Assembly: GCA_049969495.1 (NCBI GenBank)
Contig: JBMFOT010000002.1
Coordinates: 4,406-68,405 of the forward strand
Source: Armatimonadota bacterium
GTDB lineage: Bacteria > Armatimonadota > HRBIN16
Length of the DNA stretch: 64,000 nt
Direction of reading: 5' to 3'
The number at the start of each line of letters is the position of its first letter. Within the stretch, counting starts at the first letter, position 1. Made by a program: the position numbers and the translations under genes. The notes beneath the pieces are model-generated. The model ran no database searches. It was not told where the DNA came from and saw only the letters and a program-made list of their open reading frames with translations. Below are positions 38,599 to 47,565 of the stretch, piece after piece.

Positions 38599-39448
38599 GC
38601 GCGTGCTGACCGCGCTGATCGGTATTCCGGTGTTCCTGCTCGCGCTGGCGGCACCGGCGGGGGGCACCTGGGTTGTGCTGGTGATGCTGATAGCGCTGCT
38701 GGGCACGGTGGAAATGCTGTCGGCGATAGAGAGAAGGTATCCCGAGGTGCGGGTAAACCGCCTGCTGGCGATGTTATCGGTATATCTGCCCTTCGACGTC
38801 TGGCTGGACGCGCAACAGCAGGCTTCCTTTCTCTCATCCGCCCGGCTCACCGCTGTCGGCGCAGTGCTGGTGGCTTTCGCGTGGGAAGTATGGCAGGCGG
38901 AAAGGCGAAAGGGGTTATACGTGTGGCGAAACGTGGGTGCCGCCGCGCTCATCGCTTTATACCTCGGACTGCTACTGAGCACATGGGTGCATTTGCGTCT
39001 AATGAGCATGGGGTGCGCTCTGCAAGGGGAATGGTTATCGGATGGCGTTCGGCTGGTGCTGTTGACCTGTGCGTCGGTATGGGCGTGTGATACGGTAGCG
39101 TACTTTGTGGGCAAGCGGTTCGGGCAGAGGCGGATGGCTCCTTTGCTCAGCCCCAGCAAGAGCTGGGAAGGGGCGGGCGCAGGCGTGCTCGGCGGAACGG
39201 TAGCGGCTGTTCTGGTAGCGCCGTGGACAGGATTGTCACCGATATCTGCGCTGGTGCTGGGAGTGGCGTCGGCGTGCGCTGGGCAAATAGGCGACCTGTT
39301 CGAAAGCGCGCTGAAGCGCGAGCTGGAGGTGAAAGACTTCGGCGGACTGCTTCCCGGTCATGGCGGGGTGATGGACCGACTGGATAGCCTGCTGTTCGCT
39401 TTACCGGTTGTTTACTTGCTGAGCCATTTTGTGCCGATTTGCTCGTAG
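38582..39448 (+). CDS. cdsA: Phosphatidate cytidylyltransferase
   Basis: CTP_transf_1 signature KDFGGLLPGHGGVMDRLDSLLFALP. About 8 TM helices are predicted. Confidence 0.8.
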   Translation: MAELTKRVLTALIGIPVFLLALAAPAGGTWVVLVMLIALLGTVEMLSAIERRYPEVRVNRLLAMLSVYLPFDVWLDAQQQASFLSSARLTAVGAVLVAFAWEVWQAERRKGLYVWRNVGAAALIALYLGLLLSTWVHLRLMSMGCALQGEWLSDGVRLVLLTCASVWACDTVAYFVGKRFGQRRMAPLLSPSKSWEGAGAGVLGGTVAAVLVAPWTGLSPISALVLGVASACAGQIGDLFESALKRELEVKDFGGLLPGHGGVMDRLDSLLFALPVVYLLSHFVPICS

Positions 39449-39518
39449 CTCTACCAGACAGTGAATCTCCTTGCGTGTGGAACGCCACTGATGAAGATTT
39501 CTAGAGAGAGGATTACGC

Positions 39519-40415
39519 ATGGCTGTTCTTTTAGCGGAGAGCATTGTGGTGCATCAGCCTCCTGCATGGTGGCAGCGCGCGCTGGCAGCCGACGGACAGT
39601 CGTGGATATGGACAGGCACGCTGGTTATCAGCCTCACGCTCATCTCTATCCTTGCTTTGCGCTACGTGTACTTCCTCTGGTGGCTACACCGCATTCGCCT
39701 TCTGCGCGGACAGGGGTTGATATCCTCTTCGGAATTGCACATCGGGCAGTGTGCTTACCTGCAGCTGCTGGAAGGTACCGAGGAAGAACGCCTTCGCCGC
39801 TGGCGCACGATGGTGCGTCATCTGCGTCCTGATACGGTAGAAGTGGACCTGCCCATACCCGAAGAAGACAGCAAACGGTTTGCTCCGGGCACACGGGTTG
39901 TGCTTGCGGTGAACGCGATAGACAGCCTGTACATGATGGAAACCGAGGTGCTGGGTGTCGGGAGCGATGGGCCCCGCACTCTCAACCTGCGCAGGCAACC
40001 TCTGTTGCACCGGCTGCAGCGACGGCAGTTCGCGCGTGTAGAAGTGTTCGCGCCGGCTACAGTGGAGGTGGTTGGTGGCAAAGGCATCGGCCGGTACGCG
40101 GGGGTGGTGCTGGACATCGGAGGGGGAGGTGTATGCCTGCAGGTACCGGTTGCCCCTGCGGTGGGAAGCGTAGTGCGTCTAGAGGCGCCGGAGCTATCCG
40201 GTATCTTGCCAGAGTCGACGCGCCTGACAGTGGTTGGAGTCTCAGAAACGATGGTGGACGGACATCTGGAGTACCGTTTGCACTGTGCCTTTGCAGACCT
40301 GGACGCGGAGCACCTCGAGCACGTAGCGCGGTTTGTCCTGCAGAAGCAGCACGAAGCGATGGCGCAGCGGAGATGGCACGTGTCACAAGGCATGGGCACA
40401 CAACGCGTTCGCTAA
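39519..40415 (+). CDS. Membrane-anchored PilZ-domain c-di-GMP receptor (YcgR-like)
   Basis: An N-terminal TM segment. The RxxxR motif (LQRRQFARVEV) and D-x-S-x-GG motif (GVVLDIGGGGVCLQV) of PilZ domains are present. An AGAGAGG RBS is present. Confidence 0.6.
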   Translation: MAVLLAESIVVHQPPAWWQRALAADGQSWIWTGTLVISLTLISILALRYVYFLWWLHRIRLLRGQGLISSSELHIGQCAYLQLLEGTEEERLRRWRTMVRHLRPDTVEVDLPIPEEDSKRFAPGTRVVLAVNAIDSLYMMETEVLGVGSDGPRTLNLRRQPLLHRLQRRQFARVEVFAPATVEVVGGKGIGRYAGVVLDIGGGGVCLQVPVAPAVGSVVRLEAPELSGILPESTRLTVVGVSETMVDGHLEYRLHCAFADLDAEHLEHVARFVLQKQHEAMAQRRWHVSQGMGTQRVR

Positions 40416-40483
40416 ACTGAAATTTCTTCTCTCTCCATCCGATAATTGCTACAGTAACATTTATAGCCAAGGGCGATGTTCCT

Positions 40484-41116
40484 GTGTTCCAGACAGGCGA
40501 CCCGGTAGAGATACACTTCAAGATGGGGGATGCTCCCGTCACACTGCGCGGGAAGCTGGTTCAGATGGCACGTCCTCTGCTGGGGGTTCAGCTGACGAAC
40601 TCTCCGGCATGTGACGGCTCGATAAGACCCGGTATGACCGTGCTCATCGCCATCAGTGGGGGCACAGGGGTGTACACCTCAGAGGTTGTTGTCCAGCGCT
40701 GCGACATGACGTTGGGACAGCTTATTGTATCGGTGAACGGCTCGTTCCGCTTCCAGCAAAGGCGCCAACATGAACGTTACCCGTGCGACATGCAGGTGCG
40801 CCTGCGTGTGGTTGGAGACACCGAATGGACAAACGGGGTGTGCCGCGACATCTCGGCGGGAGGCGCCCGCATCTACCTGTCCCAGCAGTTTGTTCTGCGC
40901 TCCAACACGCTGGAAGTGGTTTTTATCTCGCCTACCAGCCAGCAGGCGGTGCGCGCCATCGCGGAGATAGTCAGAACAAGCAAACTGCTTAACGACAGCG
41001 GATGGGAAATCGGCATACGCTTCACCGAGATGAACCGCATGGAGAAAATCCAGTTCGCGCGCCTACTACAACACTGGGCATCCCGTCAACAGCGCGATCC
41101 GGTGCGTCCTGATTAA
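40484..41116 (+). CDS. PilZ-domain protein (YcgR-like: PilZN + PilZ)
   Basis: QRRQHERYPCDMQVRL (RxxxR) and GVCRDISAGGARIYL (DxSxGG) are present. The start codon is GTG. Confidence 0.65.
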   Translation: MFQTGDPVEIHFKMGDAPVTLRGKLVQMARPLLGVQLTNSPACDGSIRPGMTVLIAISGGTGVYTSEVVVQRCDMTLGQLIVSVNGSFRFQQRRQHERYPCDMQVRLRVVGDTEWTNGVCRDISAGGARIYLSQQFVLRSNTLEVVFISPTSQQAVRAIAEIVRTSKLLNDSGWEIGIRFTEMNRMEKIQFARLLQHWASRQQRDPVRPD

Positions 41117-41877
41117 CCCGACGTCAGCTCCGCCAGCTTCTCCACCAGAACCGGCCCCTCAAACATCAGCGTTCCCTCCCCTATCGCCACCCGCTCGATA
41201 CGAACAGGCGCCTTGATACCGGAGAGGTCTATCAGCGGGCGATTCAGGAACATGTCCGAAAGCAACTCGCGTACCTTCTCGGGCACGGAAAGCCCCACCA
41301 CTTTGACCTCAGAGGCTTCAAACCACATCTGCGTACCCTCTTTCAGACGAAGTACGCCGCTCAACTCACCGGATATCTTCACGCCGAGACGGGTATGCAC
41401 GTCAACAGATAGCCTGACCTCGCCCGCACGACTGCGCACACGCAGGTTATCCAAACGAGAGACCACCAGATTCCACGGCGAGCGAACGGGCGGTAACAGA
41501 TCACTCAGGTAGGACTGCAGTACCTCGTCGCCCAACACGGCATGGAAAGAGCCTTGCTTCGCTTTGAGAGGGGAACCCCGGCGGTACTCCACCTCCTCCA
41601 GCTCTACTACCAGCTCACGCAGGGTGAGCCCCGGTTGAATCTCCACCCCCTCGCCCACGATTCGCGCCGCCTTCACCTTTCCCTGAAACATGCGCTCGTG
41701 CCTCCCCAGAAGAGTTGCGCGGTAACGCTTTGCCGGACCGATGAGACGAGGCAGCTGTGCTTCCACGCGCTTCTCCACCAATCGGCGCGGGTTGATACCA
41801 CAGCCGCTAATCGCCAGTGCTACAAGTAGACAAACCCCAAGCAGGATATGTTTCTGCTCTCGGATGGCGTTTTCCAT
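41113..41877 (-). CDS. Putative lipoprotein (DUF2993/LmeA-like)
   Basis: Signal plus lipobox LVALAISGCG. The remainder is a beta-rich soluble domain. Confidence 0.45.
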   Translation of the reverse strand: MENAIREQKHILLGVCLLVALAISGCGINPRRLVEKRVEAQLPRLIGPAKRYRATLLGRHERMFQGKVKAARIVGEGVEIQPGLTLRELVVELEEVEYRRGSPLKAKQGSFHAVLGDEVLQSYLSDLLPPVRSPWNLVVSRLDNLRVRSRAGEVRLSVDVHTRLGVKISGELSGVLRLKEGTQMWFEASEVKVVGLSVPEKVRELLSDMFLNRPLIDLSGIKAPVRIERVAIGEGTLMFEGPVLVEKLAELTSG

Positions 41878-42139
41878 AGAAGCGATGTCAAAACCCCGTA
41901 CCAGTATACCCGATACCTGTTACGCGCTAAGTGGATGCGCATGAACATTTCAACGTGGCACACCCGGCTAAAGTCGTTTGCTTGCAAACGAAACCATGCC
42001 TTCGCAGGGTTCTTAGCCAGCGCAGGCTGGCTTCGTTGGAGAAGGCGCGGCTGTGGCCGCAGACAGGTCGTGCCATTGGGTGAGGGGGCAACCCCGATTA
42101 CGGTGTTTGATAATTTTCAAAAAATTTTTCAAAATTTTA

Positions 42140-42168
42140 CCATAATCCCTTGATTTTTTGAATATGTT
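42140..42168 (+). promoter_or_regulatory. Sigma70-type promoter TTGATT-17-TATAAT in an AT-rich upstream region with TTTTCAAAA direct repeats
   Basis: There is an AT-rich tract about 40 nt upstream (TTTTCAAAAAATTTTTCAAAATTTT) in an otherwise 63% GC genome. The perfect -10 sits about 34 nt before the DUF2089 start. Confidence 0.5.
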
Positions 42169-42201
42169 CATGTATAATCTAAAACAGTGGAGGTGATAAC
42201 G

Positions 42202-42603
42202 ATGTACTCCGTTCCTGCGAGATGCCCGGTATGCAACGGCAGTTTGCAAATTCGGGAAGTGGTGTGCGAAAGCTGTGGGACGCAGCTGCGTGGTCAGTTC
42301 TCAGCATCCACCTGCCGGTACTGCGGTCTGGATGCGGAGCAACGGCAGTTTCTGGAGGTGTTTCTGCGCTGTCGCGGTGTGTATAACTGCGTGGAGCGCG
42401 AACTGAACATCTCCTACCCGACGGTGAAAGCGCGGCTGGAGTCGCTATTGCAGGCGCTTGGGCTGTCGGCGGTTGGCGAAGAGAAGGCTGAAGAGATGGA
42501 TGTGCAGGAACGCCGGAAGGCGATTCTGGATGCGCTGGAGCGCGGCGACATCACCGCAGAAGAAGCGGCGGAAGAGCTGCGCCGGTTGCAGCAGGAGGTG
42601 TGA
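42202..42603 (+). CDS. DUF2089 protein (N-terminal zinc ribbon + HTH)
   Basis: MYSVPARCPVCNGSLQIREVVCESCGTQLRGQF (C-x2-C ... C-x2-C) followed by EQRQFLEVFLRCRGVYNCVERELNISYPTVKARLESLLQALG. A GGAGGTGA RBS is present. Confidence 0.7.
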   Translation: MYSVPARCPVCNGSLQIREVVCESCGTQLRGQFSASTCRYCGLDAEQRQFLEVFLRCRGVYNCVERELNISYPTVKARLESLLQALGLSAVGEEKAEEMDVQERRKAILDALERGDITAEEAAEELRRLQQEV

Positions 42604-42607
42604 ACTC

Positions 42608-43780
42608 ATGAATGAGGAGCTGCAGAGAATCTTGCGCATGGTGCGCGAAGGTAAGTTGACCCCTGAACAGGCGCAGATGCTCATCGAGGCGTTGATGGCG
42701 AAGCCGGGCGGAGGGAGGGGCAAACGCAAGGAAGAGACCGCTTTCGAAGAGGCGATGGAGCAGCTGCGTAAGGCCTTTCAGGGCGTGGACTGGCGGCGCA
42801 TTCAGCACGAGTGGCGGCGTATCAGCGAGGAGATCCGCGAACAGACCCGCCGCGGCTGGGAGGAGGCTCAACGCGCCTTCCGCGGTATGGGACGCTGGGA
42901 CATCGACTTGCGACTGGGCACGGTGCAGGATGTGGAGTTTGACCAGACGATAGACATTCCCGCGAGCGCACGCCTGATTGTGCAAAACGTGCTGGGTGAC
43001 GTGCGCGTGCGTGGACAGGAGGGCGCCACACAAATGCGCGTGCACGCCGAGGGTGCTATCCGCGCTGAGGGTCCCGAACAAGCCGAACAGGGCGCAGGCG
43101 CATGGGCGCCGGTAATCGAACAGCGCGGCGACGTGGTCTTCGTGCGTGTGGCGCGGGCAGGCAAATTCGCCTCCGCCGACGTGGATATTACCGTGCCGAC
43201 AGGCATCTCGGTGGAGATTCAATCCACAGCGGGCGACGTGACTGTGGAGGGCACGCGGGCGGCGGTCAGCGTGGAAAGCGCGAGCGGCGACATCACCGTG
43301 CGTGAGGCAACCGACAAGGTGCGCCTTATCTCCGCCAGCGGCGACATCGTGCTGGAGCGAGCCGCAGCCGACAATGTGGACGTGCAAACACAAAGCGGCG
43401 ACATCCGGTGCGATTCGTGCACCGGCGGGGAAGAGCTGCGGGCGCGCACGGCCAGCGGCGACATCGTCGCGCAGCAGCTGAGCGCAAAACGGGTTTCGCT
43501 CACTTCCGCCAGCGGCGATATTCGTCTGGAGTTCAGGGAGCCTTTCAGCGGAGAGGCGCACCTGCAGACCGCCAGCGGCGATGTGGCGGTGAGCCTGCCG
43601 CAGGGTTCGTACTGTACCGTGCGAGTCATCTCCACCGATGGGGAGGTGCAGAACCAGCTTGGCATCGCCCTGACGCGGAACGAACGCGGTGAATGGGAGG
43701 GCACATTCGGCACAGGTGTGGAGGCTGGCACGCTGGTAGCCCGGACTATTCGCGGCGATGTGATACTGCGCGCGGTCTAA
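42608..43780 (+). CDS. DUF4097 (putative adhesin / YvlB-LiaG-like beta-repeat) protein with N-terminal SHOCT-like helix
   Basis: The start is 4 nt after the DUF2089 stop. The N-terminus is EGKLTPEQAQMLIEALM. The C-terminal half is made of SASGDI repeats (ESASGDITVRE, ISASGDIVLER, TQSGDIRCD, TASGDIVAQQ, TSASGDIRLEF, TASGDVAVSL). Confidence 0.7.
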   Translation: MNEELQRILRMVREGKLTPEQAQMLIEALMAKPGGGRGKRKEETAFEEAMEQLRKAFQGVDWRRIQHEWRRISEEIREQTRRGWEEAQRAFRGMGRWDIDLRLGTVQDVEFDQTIDIPASARLIVQNVLGDVRVRGQEGATQMRVHAEGAIRAEGPEQAEQGAGAWAPVIEQRGDVVFVRVARAGKFASADVDITVPTGISVEIQSTAGDVTVEGTRAAVSVESASGDITVREATDKVRLISASGDIVLERAAADNVDVQTQSGDIRCDSCTGGEELRARTASGDIVAQQLSAKRVSLTSASGDIRLEFREPFSGEAHLQTASGDVAVSLPQGSYCTVRVISTDGEVQNQLGIALTRNERGEWEGTFGTGVEAGTLVARTIRGDVILRAV

Positions 43781-43835
43781 GCCTTTATCGCAACAGAACA
43801 ACAACATACCCCCTGACCTTGGACGCTGGAAACAC

Positions 43836-43866
43836 CCAGCGTCTTTTTTCTTGCTGCATGGTTGAC
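43836..43866 (+). terminator. Rho-independent terminator after DUF4097 gene
   Basis: GACGCTGG-aaacac-CCAGCGTC followed by TTTTTTC. Confidence 0.7.
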
Positions 43867-43924
43867 AGCACTGCGCCCGACGTGTTATCTTAAACACGTA
43901 TAATCCGTTCAAGGGGGTCCAGCC

Positions 43925-44680
43925 ATGGCACAGCCGACCCGTGCTGAAGTGATCGAGGCGGAGCTGCAGCGCATTATCCCCATCGTCATCGTGGGGATTG
44001 TGGTGCTCCTTGTCGGGCTGTTTCTGCTATATCTGTCCACCATTGCTGCGTGGATGCCGTTTATCATCGGGGTGATTGTGACCATCGCGGGGGTGGGTAT
44101 TGCAGGATACGGCGGGTGGCAGTATATGCAGCTGAATAACCTGCCCTCCTATCGGGCGATATGCCCCTACTGCGAGCAGCCGACGTTATTCCTTGCTCCA
44201 CCAACGGAGGACTACTCCTGTGAGCACTGCCACAGGATCGTGGCAATAGAGGGAGGACAGGTGGTGCCGCCGCTGGTGCTGGTGTGCCGGCACTGTGGCA
44301 CCCCACAGAAGGTGTCGCCTCGCGCGAAGATGTTTATCTGCGACAACTGTAACGGACAAAATGACCTCAAGCCCGCCAAACCCGACGTGGCAGCGGCTCC
44401 TGTGGGGGCAGCGGAAGAGAGCCTGGAGTACACCACTTATGACCTTGTGCTGGTAGATGCCGGACATAACACGGAAGAGGTTCTGGAGATACTTTGCGCC
44501 ATCTTGTCGGCGCCACGCGACCACTGTCGGGGTATTCTAAAAGACCTGCCGATGGTGATTCTGGTAGACCTGCCCCGGCGCAAGGCGGATTCCTATCGCC
44601 GAATGCTGCGTGAAGCAGGGGCAACTGCTGAGGTGCATCCCACCGGACAGTATCGCCCGCCCGCAAAGCAGGGTATGTAA
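43925..44680 (+). CDS. Membrane protein with two zinc-ribbon motifs and a C-terminal ClpS/L7-L12-CTD-like domain
   Basis: Two N-terminal TM helices. Cys motifs are ICPYCEQP...CEHCHR and CRHCGTP...CDNCNG. The C-terminus TYDLVLVDAGHNTEEVLEILCAILSAPRDHCRGILKDLPMVILVDLPRRKADSYRRMLREAGATAEVHP resembles ClpS-like adaptors. Confidence 0.45.
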   Translation: MAQPTRAEVIEAELQRIIPIVIVGIVVLLVGLFLLYLSTIAAWMPFIIGVIVTIAGVGIAGYGGWQYMQLNNLPSYRAICPYCEQPTLFLAPPTEDYSCEHCHRIVAIEGGQVVPPLVLVCRHCGTPQKVSPRAKMFICDNCNGQNDLKPAKPDVAAAPVGAAEESLEYTTYDLVLVDAGHNTEEVLEILCAILSAPRDHCRGILKDLPMVILVDLPRRKADSYRRMLREAGATAEVHPTGQYRPPAKQGM

Positions 44681-44687
44681 CAAAAAA

Positions 44688-44716
44688 GCCCCCCTTCTAC
44701 AGAAGGGGGTATGACA
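44688..44716 (-). terminator. Rho-independent terminator for the 44753..45502 gene (bidirectional position)
   Basis: CCCCCTTCT/AGAAGGGGG stem. On the minus strand it is followed by TTTTTTG. Confidence 0.7.
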
Positions 44717-44752
44717 TTTCAACGCACTATATGCAGGAGGAACTCGTAAGAC

Positions 44753-45502
44753 TCAATCGCGGGTGAAGTGAGCGTCGGTCATCTGCGTCTGGCTCATCGG
44801 CTTCACGTGCCCGTCGCAGAAGACGATGTTCGCGAACCCGCGATGTTTTACCACTTGGTTACCGGTGTCCACGTCCTTACGGTTATCGATGTGACGGAAA
44901 TCCACCGTGGGGTTACCCCACCACATGGAGGGCGGGTCAATGTAGGGTGTTTCCCACATGGTGCCGTCGCCACCGTACCAGGGCACATTGTAGAAACCAC
45001 TGTCGGCGAACATCACCTTTTCCGCAGGACGTGAGAGCGCGGATTCGGAGGCAGGGTTGCGCAGGTTGGGCCAAGTGCTCCAGTTGAAGGTGATGTAGAT
45101 GTCCGAGCCGATATAACCCCAGTTGTAACCGTAGCCGTTACCGTCGCCAAAGCGGGTGCGTCCACCCCAGCTGGGACAGCGTTGAATCTGCCCGTTTTTC
45201 ATGTAGGGGTAGAGCAAGCTCTGCGTTTTGTCCCACACGCCTGCCTGCGTTTCCTTGCCGAACCAGCACTGTCGCAGAGAACCACTGTAGGCGTACTGGG
45301 CAATGGGGTAGGTCTCGTCGTAGTCCTGGAGGTACATCAGCGTTGCCAGACCCAGCTGCTTCAGGTTGCTCTGGCAGCTCGCCTGACGGGCTTTCTCGCG
45401 TGCCTGCGCGAAAACAGGGAACAGAATCGCTGCCAGTATCGCGATAATCGCGATAACTACCAGCAGCTCAATCAGCGTGAAAGCGTTGCGTTGGCGGAAC
45501 AT
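44753..45502 (-). CDS. DUF1559 protein with prepilin-type N-terminal methylation domain
   Basis: The start is at the internal Met ([49 protein letters not shown]), which has an AAGGAGGG RBS. Confidence 0.8.
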   Translation of the reverse strand: MFRQRNAFTLIELLVVIAIIAILAAILFPVFAQAREKARQASCQSNLKQLGLATLMYLQDYDETYPIAQYAYSGSLRQCWFGKETQAGVWDKTQSLLYPYMKNGQIQRCPSWGGRTRFGDGNGYGYNWGYIGSDIYITFNWSTWPNLRNPASESALSRPAEKVMFADSGFYNVPWYGGDGTMWETPYIDPPSMWWGNPTVDFRHIDNRKDVDTGNQVVKHRGFANIVFCDGHVKPMSQTQMTDAHFTRD

Positions 45503-45939
45503 ACTTCCCTCCTTACCAAAAAATTCACCGCTCACGACGCGCGGAGGGAAACGTCGGAAGCGGTGTGTGCTTTCGGCGCGTCAATAAAAAACCTGATGCC
45601 CTTCCGCACCAGGTTGGTTGAAACGCGCCCGATTCACCTTCGGGTCACGTCCCCCTCCCTCCGCGAAGGGGGCCCTGCGATGTGCAGGGCGTGACCAGCC
45701 GTCGCCGGGCATTCGGGCTTATCTCCCCGTGTGGGAGACACACCGCAGCGGGCCTGCGCCGGATTCTCACCGGACTTCCCCCGATATTTCAGCCCCGATG
45801 CGATCGGGGCGCAGACGGCTCACCCTTATGTGATTTGGTAATACTATATCACAGCCGCGCGGGGCTGTCAAGCGTTTTCGCAGCGACTTTGGAGATTTTT
45901 TGTACCCGGCGAGGAAAACTGCTTGCACCGAGGCGAAAC

Positions 45940-46995
45940 ATGAAAGGGAGTAAAGGGGTAGTAGGTAGTGTTGAGATGAGCTTTCCACTGACAGTAGAAG
46001 CGTTGGAGCGTGTCGAGAAGACCCTGCGCGTTCCGAACAGCCCGATGTATCGCGAGAGGCTGTCCGGGGCAAGCCTGCCGTACGCTACCCTGTGGCCGCT
46101 CAGCATGTATCACTCCGCCCTGATTACGGCGGCGGAGTATGACCCCAAACGCTACTTGCACGCGCTCAAGCGGCTACAGCAAACCCTGCTTGCCTACTGG
46201 GATGACAGGCATCAACCGCCGGGATTCGACGCCTACCCGAAGGGCAACGATAAGTACTACGACGATAACGCCTGGATGGCGTTGAACTACCTGCGATTGT
46301 ATATCTTGACGCGCGAGAGGGAATGGCTGTGCTGGGCGCAGGATGTACACCGCTTCGTATGGAGCGGCTGGGATGAGCAACTGGACGGTGGTATCTATTG
46401 GCATCAGAGCCGAAAAAGCAAAAACACCTGCTCTAACGCACCTGCGCTGGTATCTGCTTTATGGCTCTATTCGCTCACGCGCGCTGAGGAGTACCTGGAG
46501 CAAGCAAAGCGAATACATACGTGGCTAAGCGCGCATCTCCAGGACCCGGAAGACGGGTTGTTCTGGGACAGTGTTCAGATGGATGGGCGAGTAGACCGCA
46601 CCAAGTTCGCTTACAACAGCGCACTGATGATTCAGGCGAACCTGTGGTGGTACCGAATCACCCGGCGCGAAGAGTACCTTCGCGAGGCGATTCGTCTGGC
46701 GCGTGTGTCGGAGAAGACGTGGTTCGGCTGGCGTAGCAGAGCGTTAGAAGGTTACGCACCTTTCGTGGTCAAGCTATGTGAGGCGTATCGGCAGCTGGCA
46801 GCGGTCACCGGAGATAGCCGGTGGGCAGTGCTGGTGGAGCGCACGGTGAAGTTCGTGAAAACACTTCGCTCACCGGAAGGAGACTATCCTGATGACTGGT
46901 ACGCGGAAGGGAAGCGGGAGCCGGTTACCAGCTTGATGGCGCTTGCCTCAGCCGCCTGTTTATTCGGGCTGGCAGCTGAGCGGCATACCTCTTAA
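45940..46995 (+). CDS. GH76-like (alpha-1,6-mannanase family) glycoside hydrolase, cytoplasmic or start uncertain
   Basis: YYDDNAWMALNYLRLY (GH76 DD catalytic pair context) and GGIYWHQS (GGxxW motif) are present. There is no signal peptide. An alternative start is at 45976 (MSFPL). Confidence 0.5.
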   Translation: MKGSKGVVGSVEMSFPLTVEALERVEKTLRVPNSPMYRERLSGASLPYATLWPLSMYHSALITAAEYDPKRYLHALKRLQQTLLAYWDDRHQPPGFDAYPKGNDKYYDDNAWMALNYLRLYILTREREWLCWAQDVHRFVWSGWDEQLDGGIYWHQSRKSKNTCSNAPALVSALWLYSLTRAEEYLEQAKRIHTWLSAHLQDPEDGLFWDSVQMDGRVDRTKFAYNSALMIQANLWWYRITRREEYLREAIRLARVSEKTWFGWRSRALEGYAPFVVKLCEAYRQLAAVTGDSRWAVLVERTVKFVKTLRSPEGDYPDDWYAEGKREPVTSLMALASAACLFGLAAERHTS

Positions 46996-47044
46996 AAAGA
47001 GGGTACAATATAGTGTGCTATCACGTTCATGGAGGCTTCATACC

Positions 47045-47293
47045 GTGTGGAAGTTTCTCAACAGTTTCACCGGTCTGGCGGTGCTGCTGTTCATCATCGG
47101 CGCTGTGGGGCTGGTGTATGGAGCAGATGCCATCCGCGATCCGGGGCAACCGCATGACCCCCTGCTGCCATGGTTGTATTTTGGAGCTGCAGCGCTGATG
47201 ATTGTGAACGCCATTCTCTCTGTGCGCCACTATGAGCAGAAGATGAAGGAGCAGGAGCAATCATCCAAAAAGAAGGAGGAAGCCCGCAAATGA
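47045..47293 (+). CDS. Small 2-TM membrane protein
   Basis: GTG start with a GGAGG RBS 9 nt upstream. It has two hydrophobic helices and a Lys/Glu-rich tail. The ORF-track ORF 46943..47293 would overlap the previous gene, so I shortened it. Confidence 0.4.
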   Translation: MWKFLNSFTGLAVLLFIIGAVGLVYGADAIRDPGQPHDPLLPWLYFGAAALMIVNAILSVRHYEQKMKEQEQSSKKKEEARK

Positions 47294-47559
47294 GCGCGGT
47301 CGTGTGTGTAGACTGCGGTAAGCCGTTGGAGAAAATCCCTGTCTGGTTGGCTGGCGTCAAGGTCAAGTTCACGTGCGAAGAGTGCCGCACCAAGCACCGT
47401 CCCCCGATGGTGATTGTAGACGACCTGCCCCCTCTGCCCGAGGAGCCTGCCGAGGATATAGACATTATCGAGCGCGAGGAGGGGCTGGACACCACCTCGC
47501 TGGAGGAGCTGGCTCAGGAAGAGGAAAAAGGGCTGGAAGAAGAGGAAGAAGAGGTGTAA
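47290..47559 (+). CDS. Small zinc-ribbon protein with poly-acidic C-terminus
   Basis: CVDCGKP...CEECRTKH (C-x2-C ... C-x2-C), then EEEKGLEEEEEEV. It overlaps its neighbours by ATGA. Confidence 0.45.
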   Translation: MSAVVCVDCGKPLEKIPVWLAGVKVKFTCEECRTKHRPPMVIVDDLPPLPEEPAEDIDIIEREEGLDTTSLEELAQEEEKGLEEEEEEV

Positions 47560-47565
47560 CCGACG

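Noticed and set aside
41878-42140. Candidate structured ncRNA or sigma-54 promoter (TGGCAC at about 41966) in the lipoprotein / DUF2089 intergenic region
   Set aside because: TGGCAC is not followed by a properly spaced TTGC element. Hairpins are present (CGTTTGC-tt-GCAAACG, GCCAGC-gcag-GCTGGC) but do not match any RNA family I can recognise. I have kept only the sigma70 promoter call.
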